DNA of 64,000 nt from Octopus vulgaris (GCA_951406725.2 OX597827.1:72044001-72108000), one strand, 5' to 3'; counted from the stretch's first letter, positions 38,987-52,684 are shown. Notes: a model not told the origin generated them from the letters alone. Numbers and translations: made by a program.

Positions 38987-41418
38987 GTTTAATGTATTTC
39001 GCTATTACTAGAACCTCGAATTTACCAATGATAAAATGAGGAAACTTTAAGGTGGTCGCACGAATTGCTAGAAATAAACGCCAATTATCTCCCAACAGCT
39101 ACATCCTGCAATTTTAATGCATATTCTTGTACACACGTATCTACGTGCGCACGCCAAACACACACACGTATCTTAAATTGGTTCCCAATTTTGGCACAAA
39201 TCCAGCAGTTTCGTGAGAGCGGGTGAGTCGATTACATCGGCCCCAGCTCAGCTGGTACCTATTTTATCGAATTCTCTGGAATAAAAGCAAAGTCAACCCC
39301 TTGCAGCATTTGAACTCAGAGAATAAAGTGGGAAGAAATGATGCTTAGCACTCTTCAGATCGTTATTTTTGTACATGTATTTGTGTGTGTGTGTGTGTGC
39401 GTGCGCGCAATCACACGCATGCATGGATATCCATACACGCACCCACGCACAGCTTATTATTGCCATGTGGGCATAGCCTGAGGATTGCGTGAAGGCACCA
39501 CACGTGTTAAAAAAAAGGCAGTCTGCGATGTTTTCATCGCATGAAACTATTAGCTCGTAAAAATATATATTGTGTTTATTAAATAATATTTATCGGTTCC
39601 AATTTATCTCTCCCCAGACAGATACTATTTTGTTAATTTTACTATCAGAGAACAGTACTCTTTCTCTCTTTTTCTCTCTCTCTACATATTATTTTATTTA
39701 TTTCACTCATTTGACTGTGGCCATGCTGGAGCACCGCCTTTAGTCGAACGAATAGACCCCAGGACTTATTCTACGTAAGTCTAGTACTTATTCTATCATT
39801 CCCTTTTGCTGAACTGCTAAGTTACGGGGATGTAAACAGACCACCATTGGTTGTCAAGTGATGGTAGGGAAACAAACATAGACACACAACAATATACATA
39901 TGTATATATATATACATATGTATATATAAAGATAAATGATTGATGTAGTGTTTTACAGTAGGATGCCTTTTATGCCAATAACCTTTACCTGTTTTTTGAA
40001 GTTTTTCAAGGAAGAGAAATTATCTTCAAGTCAGCTTTGGAAGCACAAAATGATTTAACAGGGAAATGGTGATAACACTTGTTAAAAAATATATATTTAC
40101 CTCTCGATGATAACACTGTCTGCAGCTCAGTGATTGTTCAGGTGATTGCATGATGTAAATATTCTCACAAACAGATACATATGTAAACATACTCAATTAC
40201 AGGCACATCATCATCATTTAATGTCTGTTTTCCTTGCTGGCATGGGTTGGATGATTTGATAGGATGTGGCCAGCTGGAAAGCTGCACCAGGCTCCAATTG
40301 TCTGTTTATGGCTGGATGCCCTTCCTAACACCAACCACTTAACAGAGTGTGCTAGGTGCTTTTCTATGTGGCACCAGCCCCAGTGCAGTCGCCAAGTTTG
40401 ATGCAAGACAAAGATAACTTGGTTGAGAGAGGGAGTGGAACTGAGGTAAGTGGTTGTGTGTCAGGAAAGAGGCTGATGATGTTATACATTGATAATCACA
40501 ATGCACTTCCAATTCCTAATTGATTGCACCATTCTTTGGCCCAAATTGTTTGACTAAATCATCTTCCCAACATTGCCGAGGCCTTTGCCATCCAGCAACT
40601 GTATGGATCCACATACGTACAATCAGCTTTGTATAGTTTCCATCTACCAAATTCACTCCCATGGCATTGGTCAGCCCAGGATATATTTTCTTTACTCTTT
40701 TATTTGTTTCAGTCATTTGACTGTGGCCATGCTGGAGCACCGCCTTTAGTTGAACAAATCGACCCCTGGACTTATTCTTTGTAAGCCCAGTACTTATTCT
40801 ATCGGTCTCTTTTGCTGAACCGCTAAGTGACGAGGACACTTGGCCAAAATGCTGCATAGTAGAACTGAACCTGAATTCTTGTGGTTGAGAAGCAAACTTT
40901 TTTAACCACATAGCCATGCCCCCCACTATTTAATGATGACTTCTGGAAGAGGAAAACGGGTTACAAATTAGGGGCAAAGTGTGTATTTGATTAAACTGAC
41001 TTCAGAGTATAGCATTAGTACATTGGTATTGGTGAAGGAGCATAGCTTAGTGGTTAGGGTATTCAGCTTACAACCATAAGGTCAGGAGTTCGATTCCCAG
41101 CATTGCGCTGTGTCCTTGAGCAAGATCTTTTATTTCATGTTTCTCCAATCCACTCAGCCAGCAAAAATGAGTTATACCTCTATTTCAAAGGGGGCCAGCC
41201 TCGTCACACTGAATCTCCCTGAGAACTACATTAAGGGTATATGTGTCTGTGGAGTACTCAGCCACTTACATATTAATTTCGTAAACAGGCTGTTCCATTG
41301 ATGGAGTGCCAGTTATTTTATTGACCCAGGAGGAATGAAAAGCAAAGTCAATCCTTAAAATATTTGAAGTCAAAGTCTAACTAAATGCTGCAAGGTATTA
41401 TTTTGTGCAACACTACTG

Positions 41419-43129
41419 CAGTGGTTATCAACCATTTTTTAGCTATGGACCCTTTTGATCCCTATTTCACTTGGGTGGATGCTCACAGATATTCAATGTT
41501 CAACCCTTTACCTATTTATTTACTACCCACAAGGGGCTACACATAGAGGGGACAAACAAGGACAGACACACAGATTAAGTCGATTATATCGACCCCAGTG
41601 CGTAACTGGTACTTATTTAATCGACCCCGAAAAGATGAAAGGCAAAGTCGACCTCGGCGGAATTTGAACTCAGAACGTAGCGGCAGATGAAATACCTATT
41701 TCTTTACTACCCACAAGGGGCTACACACAGAGGGGACAAACAAGGACAGACACACAGATTAAGTCGATTATATCGACCCCAGTGCGTAACTGGTACTTAT
41801 TTAATCGACCCTGAAAGGATGAAAGGCAAAGTTGACCTTGGCGGAATTTGAACTCAGAATGTAGCGGCAGACAAAATACCACTAGGCATTTCGCCTAGCA
41901 TGCTAACGTTTCTACCAGCTTGCCATCTTAACCCTTTACCATTCAGATGACTCCATCAAATGTAATGCTTATTTATTCACAAGCACGTAGCTTAGTGGTT
42001 AGAGTGTTGGGCTCACAATCATGAGGTAGCGAGTTCGATTCCCGGACTGGGCTGTGTGTTGTGTTCTTGAGCAAGACACTTTATTTCGCGTTGCTGTAGA
42101 AATGAGTTGCAGCATCACTGGTGCAGAGATGCATCAACCTTTGCCTTTCCTTTGGATAACATTGGTGGCATGGAGACAGGAAGCTGGTATGCAGGATGAC
42201 TGTTGGTCTTCCAATAAACAAATTTGCCCAGACTTGTGCCTCGGAGGGGAACTTCCTAGGTGCAATCCCATGGTCATTTATGACTGAAAGGGGTCTTTAC
42301 TCTTTTAGCCTTATTGACATTGTTTTGAATTGATCATGCATTATCTTGCGGCTTTGCAGTTTCAACGAATGTGATTGTTTATTTTCAGAATGACATTGTC
42401 AGACTTGTGTAAAAAGCCAGATCTAGCTGGTTTGAACATAAAACAGGTAATATATTTAGGCCAGATAAACAGGTAAAATATTTAGGCCAGATATACTCTC
42501 TTGTACTCTTTTACTTGTTTCAGTCATTTGACTGTGGCCATGCTGGAGCACCGCCCTCCGTCGAGCAAATCGACCCCAGGACTTAATCTTTGTAAGCCTA
42601 GTACTTATTCTATCGGTCTCTTTTGCCAAACTGCTATATTACGGGGACGTAAACACAGCAGCATCGGTTGTCAAGCGATATTGGGAGGACAAACACAGAC
42701 ACACACACACATATGTATACATATACATATATATGACGAGCTTCTTTCAGTTTCCGTCTACCAGATCCACTCACAAGGCTTTGGTTGGCCCAAGGCTATA
42801 GTAGAAGACACTTGCCCAAGGTGCCATGCAGTGGGACTGAACCTGGAACCATGTGGTTGGTAAGCAAGCTACACACCACACAGCCACTCCTGCACCTATA
42901 CGGCTAGTTTAAATGCTAAAGAGTTGAAAAATTATTATATTATTATATTTCTATGATAAAATATGATTAGGAATTGTATAAAAAAAATACTGTTAAAATA
43001 TTTTATGTATTGTAAAAGTATAACTGATTTATTGCAGATAAAAACTTTAACAACAAAATCCTATATGGACCCCCAAGAGCCATGTGGACGCCGCCCAAGG
43101 GTCATATGGACCCCAGTTGAGAACTACTG
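41419..43129. mobile_element. hAT-like MITE expanded by nested SINE and MITE insertions
   Basis: Ends CAGTGGTTATCAACC / AGTTGAGAACTACTG with subterminal ggaccc motifs. The 8-bp flanks match only partly (cactactg / ttttactg). Confidence 0.6.
42503..42900 (-). mobile_element. SINE family A copy nested in a piggyBac-like MITE
   Basis: Full-length reverse-complement match. Confidence 0.87.
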
Positions 43130-43600
43130 TTTTACTGTATCTATCATCCCACTAACACCACCACAACAAGGTGTGACGATTTACTCACTGATACAAAAAG
43201 CAACCTGGCTGCCTTTAAAAAAAATTTTTAAAGGAAAGGCCACATTGGATAATATAGTACTAAAAGACTGGATGGTCACATCTGGAATGTCTTATGATCA
43301 GGGTTGATCTGATCTGTGACTAAATAAAAGAAACAAGAGCATTTTCAAATGATAGCAATGAAATCTTTATTACTCTATAACTACACATATTTACATTTCT
43401 CAATATATTTCTCCAGCCACAAATTTAGGCATTTGGTATTGCTTCATATTTTAGCAGAAAGGTACTTGAGGATGTATAATCTTGTCTAATGAGAGACAGG
43501 AAGAGAGAGAGAGAGAGAGAGAACGAAAGGATTAGGAGAATATAAATGTGTGTGCGTGTGTATGGCTCAACATCGCATTGGTAGACAAAATTTCTTTATC

Positions 43601-43778
43601 TGTGTATTGAGGCTACCATCGGTTTCATGTTAAGAAAAATGTCTTTGTATCTTAATTTTTCAAGCCAATCACATGGAAGAATGCAAACAAACACTATTCT
43701 TCCATGTGACTGGCTTGAAAAATTGTTAAGATATTAAGATATTTTCTAAACATGAAACCAATGGTAGCCTTAATACAC
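43601..43778. repeat. Inverted repeat, about 80-bp arms
   Basis: tgtgtattgaggctacc...cacatggaagaat pairs with attcttccatgtg...ggtagccttaatacaca. Confidence 0.85.
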
Positions 43779-44734
43779 AAATATATATACATATACATAT
43801 ATATATATATATATATCTCAAATTATGTTGATAATTGGTTCTAAGACATGCATCTTAACTTGAAAATGATACCAAAAAAAATTTTTTAAATTTCTTAGCA
43901 TATCTTTTTTTAATAAATGGTTTGTACATATTTTCACAAGAATTTTATATGGTTTTTCCACTTCAGTAGTGGTTTATAGGTATGCTTTTCTTATTTTAAA
44001 TTTTTATGCTTTTAAATAAGTTCGCTAAGACTGACATAAAGGCAGATAAATTGACTGAGGATAAGGTTAATTTTTTTTCCATAAGTTTCTTAAAAATAAA
44101 AAAAAGAAATGATGTAAAGTTGAAAAAGATGCAACTGAAAACAATGTAAGTTGAGATATGCCATCAAGTATGTATATGTGTGTGTGTGTATATATGTATA
44201 TATATATATGGTGAGATAAAGATAAAGGTGAAAAATGAAGGCATAATGAAAGAGGGTTACAAGTACCAAAAATAAAACACAAACACAAATCTGGTATGAA
44301 AATTGTTAATTTAAACCGAGTGAAATGGAAGAAAAAAGTGAAAGGAAAATAAAATTGATTGTTCTTGTGGTGAAAAGATAATTTTTTTCAGATTTATAAA
44401 AAAAAATCTTTTTAGAGCTGGGCAAGAGGGTGGATATCATCATAATTATATTTTTGCATCCAAATAACGAACATGTGTGTGTATACTCTTTTACTTGTTT
44501 CAGTCATTTGACTGCGGCCATGCTGGAGCACCGCCTTCAATCGAGCAACTCGACCCCGGGACTTATTCTTTTGTAAGCCCAGTACTTATTCTATCGGTCT
44601 CTTTTGCCGAACCACTAAGTAACGGGGAGTGTATGTGTGTTTATCATCATCATTGCATGAGCATTTACTTTTACGAGCTTACATGGATTAAATGAAATTC
44701 AGTGAGGCAGATTTCCTATGGTTACATGATACAG

Positions 44735-45105
44735 GTGGAGGTGCAATGGCCCAGTGGTTAGGGCAGCGGACTCGCGGTTTCGATTCCCAGACCGGGTGTT
44801 GTGAGTGTTTATTGAGTGAAAACACCTAAAAGCTCCACGAGGCTCCGGCAGGGGATGGTGGTGATCCCTGCTGTACTCTTTCACTACAACTTTCTCTCAA
44901 TCTTACTTCCTGTTTCTGTTGTACCTGTATTTCAAAGGGCCGGCCTTGTCACTCTCTGTGTCACGCTGAATATCCCCGAGAACTACGTTAAGGGTACACG
45001 TGTCTGTGGAGTGCTCAGCCACTTACACGTTAATTTCACGAGCAGGCTGTTCCGTTGATCAGATCAACCGGAACCCTCATCGTTGTAACCGACGGAGTGC
45101 TTCCA
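44735..45105 (+). mobile_element. tRNA-headed SINE family C (also 15764-16120, 17231-17532, and 21076-21365 on minus)
   Basis: Head TGGAGGTGCAATGGCCCAGTGGTTAGGGCAGCGGACTC...TTCGATTCCC with box A/B. Confidence 0.85.
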
Positions 45106-45789
45106 CACATGATATAGATTTGGGAGATGGAAACTGAAAGAAGCCTATATACATATATATATACGTAGAAGGTTGAAAAATAACATGAGTTGATATGTAT
45201 AAGGAAAATAAGACAAGGTAGAAAATGCTAAAATGATTTTAGCTTTTTATACCTTGTCTTATTTTCCTGATACATACATCATCATCATCATCGTTTAACG
45301 TCCGCTTTCCATGCTCGCATGGGTTGGACGATTTGACTGAGGGCTTCAATCTTGATCCGGCAGAGTTTCTACAGATGGATGCCCTTCTTAACACCAACCA
45401 CTCGGAGAGTGTAGTGGATGCTTTTACGTGCCACTGGCACGAGGGCCAGTCAGGCGGTACTGGCAGCGGCCATGCTCAAATGGTGCTCGAATCTTTTACA
45501 CATGCCACCGGCACAGGTGCCAGTAAGGTGATGCTGGTAACGATCACGCTCGAATGGTGCCTTTTACGTGCCATCAGCACAGAGGCCTGTTAGCCGCTCT
45601 GGCAATGATCATGCTCAGATGGTGCTCTTACACACACACACACACATTCAGTTAGAAGTTAAAATAGCCTCGTTAAGGGATAATAATATCCAATGAATTA
45701 CTGGTTCCTTGCCTAAGTATTTTTAGTGAATAATAATATTCATAAAATAATAGGTCTAAATATAAATCTTGGTTTAGAAATATTCAAAA

Positions 45790-46138
45790 GAAAATTTAGA
45801 AAATGAAGATTTAGCATAAATATAATTTATTATCTGCAAAAATCCAACATATTCCCTTATAGGTGTTTCAATTTAGCCTAAAAAATTAAATTATAATAAT
45901 CAAATCATTGTATTCAGCAGAATATCATCAGAAGGGTAGAAAAGATTATACTGTTAGCTTACTAGGTGTTGTAAGTATGTCTTTTCTACCCCTCTGATGA
46001 GATTTTGCCTAATATAATGATTTTTAATTATTGTAATTTAATCTTTTAGGCTAAATTAAAACAGCTGTAAGAGGATATGTTGGATTTTTGCAGATAATAA
46101 ATTATATTAATGCTACGTCTCCATTTTCTGAATTTTCT
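45790..46138. repeat. Diverged inverted repeat, about 165-bp arms
   Basis: ttattatctgcaaaaatccaacatat...gggtagaaaaga pairs with tcttttctaccc...atatgttggatttttgcagataataa. Confidence 0.85.
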
Positions 46139-46159
46139 TTTGTGTGTGTGTGTGTGTAT

Positions 46160-46209
<50 letters not shown>

Positions 46210-47424
46210 TTGTTTTGTTGTCTTAACATTGTGTAATAGTTGTAAGCAAGTGTCACCATCATACAAGCAGTGCCATTCCGTTACAATATCTATGAGAATG
46301 TGTCTGGCCAAGGGGAAATATTACCTTACTTGAAAACAGGTGAGGTTTAGTGACAGGAAGAGCATCTGGCCATAGAAAATCTGTCTTCATGAATTTCACC
46401 TGATCCTTCCAAACATGGAAAAGCAAATATTGAAAAGAGGATGATACATATGTTAGTGTGACTGTGTTGTGTATAAATACATCACAGTCTCACAGTATCA
46501 ACGAGACCATTGATGCCTGTTTTACATCACTGGTCACAATGCGCTTCTAATCGTTTTAATAGTGCTATTCTTTTCCAACTTGACCCGAATTTAGCAATCA
46601 GATAACTCTGTCAAGTGTAATGCTAATTTATTACCTCCGCCTTAGCAAAGGCAGAGGTATTGTTTTCAGTTGTGTTTGTTTGTTTGTCTGAGGACAAGGT
46701 ATCTCACGAACCACTGGGTGGATTTGAATGAAAAGCTTCAGGGATGTTTGGCCTTGTAACCAGCATGAACTGATTAGATTTTGGGATTGATCCAGTACTG
46801 GACAAGGATTGTAGATTATTTTTCCTGCTTTTTTGACTTAATTTTTGAGAGCAGTCAGGTTGTTTTTAAGTATTCTTGTTTGTGAGAGCAGTCAAGTTTA
46901 TTTCAGATATTCTCATTTTAAAAATCATCTCTGGCTAATCGATAAGAGGACGTTGGTGTTGCCTCGGCAGAGGTTTGTGCTCTCTGAATGCTCTTGTTCA
47001 CATTGTTTTGAATTAATCATACATCATCTTGTAGCTTCAAAATTAATATAATGTGCTTGTTTATTTCTAAACCGACATTGTAGGGTAGTTGTGAGAAGCC
47101 TGATCAATATGGTTTCAACATAAAACAGGTAGAATATTTTAGTCAGATATGGCCAGATTAAATGCTAATGGGTTAAGTTTAAGGATTATTCTATTTTTAA
47201 GTAGAGCACATATTTATTAAATTTTATGAAGGAGAGGCCGATAGTAACTAGGACATGAAAGGTTTCACTTGCTTACCAGTATCAGATAATCTGATACAAG
47301 TGAGCAAGCCAAAACTTCGAAGTTATTAATCTTTTCCTTGTAAAAGTTAATACATATATAAAGTTGGAAAATGAGTACGTATAACAGTTGATATGTATAT
47401 GTGTGTATATATGTACATACATAC

Positions 47425-48012
47425 ACGCTTTCATCAGAGATGTCTGAGACACATTCTGAATGTTGGCTGGACATTAAAAACTCCAGACACACAGGTCCTG
47501 AGGACAGCTGATATCTTGGCTATTGAGGAGATGGTGCACAAGCACCAGTTATGTTGGACTAGACACCTTATTAGAATGAAGGATAGCAGGATCCCTAAGC
47601 AGATGCTATACGGAGAACTTGTGAATGGAAAGAGACCCCGGCAGAAACCAAGGTTGTGATTTAAGGACTGCGTCAAGTCCTCATTAAAGGCCTTTGATAT
47701 GTAGGAGACTGACTAGGAGAGCAATGCCTGTCATCACTACAGATGGAGGAAGCAGGTTAAGGAGTGGGATTCAACACTTTTGAGAGAGCACGTATTCTGC
47801 ATGAAGAACTTAAGCGTGCTGCTCGAAAGCACACTGCTAGTGTAGTGATGGGGAAAGCTTGGTTCGCAATGTTTGCAGTCGTGTATGCTTGTGAAGAGCA
47901 GGGCTCTTTAGCCACCAACAGAGCCGCAAATGCAAAATATAAGTTAGTCCTAGAGTGCACAATGTTCTTAAAGGTCAGCAATAGTCTTCCTCGGTCACGA
48001 GTGGATAGCCAT
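47425..48012 (+). mobile_element. RTE/BovB-like LINE 3' fragment
   Basis: Reads FHQRCLRHIL...QLCWTRHLIRMKDSRIPKQMLYGELVNGKRP, with downstream stops. Confidence 0.85.
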
Positions 48013-50545
48013 CACATACGCACACACACACACACATATATTTTTTTATTATAGGCACATGGCTGGGAATCTTGGAGGAGAGAGTTAGTCGATTACATCA
48101 ACTCCAGTACTCGAGTGGTACTTATTTTATCGACCCTAAAAGGATGAAAACAAAAACAACCTTGGCAGAAATTGAACTCAAAATGTAAAACCAGAAGAAA
48201 TGCTGTGAAGCATTTTGTCTGGCATGCTAACGATTCTGCCAGTTTGCCAACTTACACACACACACACACACGGGTATGTACGTACATACATATATACATA
48301 CACACACACACACACACACACACATATCCTTTCTACTAGAGTCACAAGGCTTGAAATTTTGGAGGAGGGGTTCAGGTGATTACATCGAACCCCAGTGCTC
48401 AAGTGGTACTTATTTTATCAATCCTAAAAAGATGAAAGCAAAGTCATCCTTGGTGGAATTTGAACTCAGAACATAAAGCTGGAAGAAATATTGTGAGGCA
48501 TTTTGTCCAGCATGCTAACAATTCTGCCAGCTTGCTACCTTCTTTTTTCATTCATACACACACACACACACAACCATTAGTTATGATAATGACATCTGAT
48601 TCAGTATACTGATGTCGAAATAGAGGGTTAGAAGAGTCTGTAAATTTATAGATACACATTTCTTAAATTTGCTATGACCATCCTGATCAATATGATGACT
48701 TGTTTACGATTTTTTTTTTTTTTGTCAAAGTGGCGAGAAAAGTTCTTATTGACTCTTACACAAATACACACATATATTGGTAGATTAAAAGCATTGACTT
48801 ATTAATTTATTCTTTCTTATACTGAAATATTTAAAAAAACATTTGGCCTTGTGTGTATGAGGGAGAGAGAGAGAAAGAGAAGGAGAGAGAGAGAGAGAGA
48901 GAAAGAGAATTCTCAATGAATGACAATCTCCTGATATTGGAAGCAAGAATGCTTTGCTTTCATGAGGGTCAGTCAATAGACCATTCCCAAGTAACAACAA
49001 GCACCACCTCACTTCTAGTCAGATGTCTAGAGCCATCAAAGAAGCCTATATGTGGTCATCCAACCTGCTAGAAATAGCAGAAATTCCTTGCATATCACAC
49101 CCTACCATCTATAACAAAATAAGAGAACGTTAAATGATGTGGTCCTGAATATAGTTTATCTAAAAACAAAAAAAAAAAAAAGAGAGAGATGGAATGGTCA
49201 TGGCTGGAATACCTTTCATCAAGGGTGACCAAGGGTTACATGACTAGGAATGTCTTCCAAAAAGAAGCAAACTCACCAAAGCACCATTTGACTATAAACA
49301 TACTAGATTTTTTTGCTTGAAGCATTCTTAGTCAGAGATAAACAAATGTAAGTGTGATTAAAGATCTTTAATTGATCTTAGCCATTAGGACGTGGTCATG
49401 CTAGAGCAACATCTTCCACTCACTGTCCACCCCACTCAGGAATGGGGAGGATTTTTTTTTATTGATGACAGCAACCCCAGTATTTTGCCGGATACATGTT
49501 AATCATGGATCCATTCATCAGTGATCCTGAATATGCTCTATTGTGAACCAGGTTACCCTTATCACAAATTGATCTGTGATAACATGGGTCAACGATCAGT
49601 CAGAGATTCTGCTTGGAAGCAAAGATGTGGGCCCCAGCAACCACCCACAATGCTCAGCTACTCAGAATGCTTTGACTACTGCTTCTGTTTACACAACTGT
49701 GCCATGAGGCGGCATATGTTTTGCACGGATTTACATACTTGTACCCCCATTTGCATGGAACCAAAAAATACGAAGGCGCCCGATCCTAACAATGCAGACA
49801 AGGAAATCTTCCATAGGAAAAGGCAGAAACGATCAAGAAACTATGTGACTGTGGGAAGCTTCACTGCTGAGGGCCACGAGTCTGGTGTCACTGAATCTAC
49901 CAGTCATTCCATTTACGAAGTGCATAGAGACGATTTATTTATTTATCACTGTGTTTTTTGGAACTAAACCCCTGTGAATAACCAGAATAGATGTACGAAT
50001 TTTATTGGCCACAGAGACGAGAGGATGAGTGAGAAAAGCAAAGATCGATCGCAGCTGAAAGGAATTAACCGCTACTGAACGAAATAGGATATTTATATAA
50101 TTATCTTAGTTTCAGTAAGCCTCTAAATGCGAGATAACTATGACAGAACATTAAATATATAACTAAATATATAATTGTCTGCTTTATATTTAAACATTTC
50201 TATGAATATTTCCTATTTTCCCGATTAGAATTTATTTAATTACTATTATCATATCCAATAAATATATTTCTCTTTCTTAGATATTAATACCCAAGGTGCC
50301 ACATAGTGGGACTAAATCCGAAACTATGTGGTTGGGATACAAACGTCTCTCATCATCTTTTTTTCTATTTTATATTATATTAAACCATGACAGTTTTCAC
50401 ATGGTTTATCTTTTTCCAGTTTTAACCAAAAAAATTGGTTATATTTTATTAAACAATTGCAAGAGACAGGAGGTTGAGAAAAAAATATATATAATTAAAA
50501 TAAATGGTACTCATTAAAAAAAAAAAATGAATTAAAAAAAAAAAT

Positions 50546-50672
50546 TTATCCTTCCTGATTTCGGTGTGAGGGTGTATGATCGTTTCCATCTTTAGAATGA
50601 CGAGATTCTCTGCCGCTTGAAGACCTTGATGATGTCGAGGCTATGTCATTGTACTTTCTTTTTGATTTGTAT
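50546..50672 (-). CDS. UBLCP1: UBLCP1 probable last coding exon
   Basis: tttctag|A TAC AAA...GGA TAA, 127 nt. Phase-compatible with the previous exon, giving WERY. Encodes YKSKRKYNDIASTSSRSSSGRESRHSKDGNDHTPSHRNQEG*, followed by AT-rich UTR-like sequence. Confidence 0.82.
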
Positions 50673-50760
50673 CTAGAAAAGAAATGATTTATTGCAGACA
50701 TGAATAGAACAGAAGTAGGAGAGAAAATGAAGTTACCTGACAGAAATTATGTGCTCATTA

Positions 50761-51480
50761 AGGTGGCGAGCTGGCAGAATCGTTAGCATGCCGGGTGAAA
50801 TGCTTAGCGGTATTTCGTCTGCCGCTATGTTCTGAGTTCAAATTCTGCCGAGGTCGACTTTGCCTTTCATCCTTTCGGGGTCGATAAATTAAGTACCAGC
50901 TGTAGAAACATTGCCAGATAAGACCAGAGCCTAGGGCAGCCTTCTGGCTTCCCAGATCCCCGGTCGAACTGTCCAACCCATGCTAGCATGGAGAACGGAC
51001 GTTAAACGATGATGATGATGATGATGATAACGCACTGAGGGTCAATGTAATCGGCTTAATCCATTTGTCTGTCCTTGTTTGTCCCCTCTGTGTTTAGCCC
51101 CTTGGTGGGTAGTAAAGAAATAGATATTTCATCTGCCGCTACGTTCTGAGTTCAAATTCCGCTGAGGTTGACTTTGCCTTTCATCCTTTCGGGCTTGATA
51201 AATTAAGTACCAGTAACGCACTGAGGGTCAATGTAATCGGCTTAATCCGTTTGTCTGTCCTTGTTTAACCCCTTGGTGGGTAGTAAAGAAATAGATATTT
51301 CGTCTGCCGCTACGTTCTGAGTTCAAATTCCACCGAGGTCGACTTTGCCTTTCATCCTTTCGGGGTCGATAAATTGAGTACCAGTTACGCACTGGGGGTC
51401 AATATAATCGACTTAATGCATTTGTCTGTCCTTGTTTGTCCCCTCTGTGTGTAGCCCCTTGTGGGCAGTAAATAAAATAA
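50761..51480 (+). mobile_element. SINE family D cluster with an internally triplicated body (others at 25730-25940, 39185-39350, 41510-41930, 48050-48540, 58930-59850, 60365-60570)
   Basis: Head AAGGTGGCGAGCTGGCAGAATCGTTAGC. The core GCCTTTCATCCTTTCGGGGTCGATAAATTAAGTACC resembles a widely conserved SINE central domain (MetaSINE-like; assignment from memory). Confidence 0.82.
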
Positions 51481-51494
51481 GAAATTACGTGCTC

Positions 51495-51710
51495 ATATGA
51501 CATGGATGGCTGCTGACAGCTCCATAAAGAAGTGCCGATCTCTCAGAGTGGATGGAACACGTAACAGTGGGAGACACAGGAAAGCATTGGATAAAGTACT
51601 GAAGAGTGACCTCAGGAAGCTAAACCATTCGGGTGAAATGACAAAGGACCGAGATGCCTGGCACCTTGCTGTACTCAGGAAGACCCTTACTCCACGGCAG
51701 ATATGCTAAA
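51495..51710 (+). mobile_element. RTE-like LINE 3' fragment
   Basis: Reads RVDGTRNSGRHRKALDKVLKSDL...DRDAW, resembling the RTE C-terminal GRP..W / DR..W pattern. Confidence 0.6.
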
Positions 51711-51796
51711 ACCGATACTTCTTTCTGGTGGTGTAAAGCACTCATGGCAGTGCTACATAAAAGTGCCCATGCGATGACATGTAAAAGTTCCCAAGT

Positions 51797-51958
51797 GCAG
51801 GAGTGGCTGTGTGGTAAGTAGCTTGCTAACCAACCACATGGTTCTGGGTTCAGTCCCACTGCGTGGCATCTTGGGCAAGTGTCTTCTGCTATAGCCCCGG
51901 GCCTACCAATGCCTTGTGAGTGGATTTGGTAGACGGAAACTGAAAGAAGCCTATCGTA

Positions 51959-52005
<47 letters not shown>

Positions 52006-52225
52006 TTGTGTGTGTTTGTTTGTCCTCCTAGCATTGCTTGACAACCGATGCTGGTGTGTTTACGTCCCCGTCACTCAGCGGTTCGGCAAAAGAGACCGAT
52101 AGAATAAGTACTGGGCTTACAAAAGAATAAGTCCCGGGGTCGATTTGCTCGACTAAAGGCGGTGCTCCAGCATGGCCGCAGTCAAATGACTGAAACAAGT
52201 AAAAGAGTAAAGAGTAAAGAGTAAG
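51797..52225 (+). mobile_element. Full-length tRNA-headed SINE (family A, CORE-like, internal CA/TA microsatellite, (AAGAGT)n tail)
   Basis: Box A/B-like head GGAGTGGCTGTGTGGTAAG...GGTTCAGTCCC, then cttgggcaagtgtcttc. About 17 related copies are in the window. Confidence 0.9.
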
Positions 52226-52556
52226 TGGCATCACATAAAAGTGCCTGTGCAGTGCCACATAAAAGCAGTCAGTGGCATTAGGGAGGACATCTAGCTGTAG
52301 AATGCATGCCAAATCGGACTGGAGTCTGGTGGCTTCTGATGGTCTTTACTCTATAAATATATAATAATTTTTTCTTTAACTGACATGTTTCATATTTTTG
52401 GGTGTGCCCCCGCCCACATTTTGGGTGTGGCCCCGAAAACCAGGCTTTGAATCTGGCCTAGATACTGAAATGGTCGAGAACCACTGCTATGGACCCAGCA
52501 TTTTCCCAATTGGTTAAATTGTAAAAAAGGAATTGAAATTGATACATGGCGCTTAC

Positions 52557-52684
52557 CTTTCCCAGTGTGAATGTTTCAGATGGCCGAAGTCTTCAAGTGG
52601 TGCAATGACCTTAAGGTATTTTGAGAGCTCCAGAAGTTCTCGGTCAGTGCTACGGTTCACATGAGCTGACTTGAAAGGTCGGAT
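52557..52684 (-). CDS. UBLCP1: UBLCP1 coding exon
   Basis: cag|ATC CGA...GAA AG|gtaag, 128 nt. Encodes IRPFKSAHVNRSTDRELLELSKYLKVIAPLEDFGHLKHSHWE(R). Confidence 0.95.
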
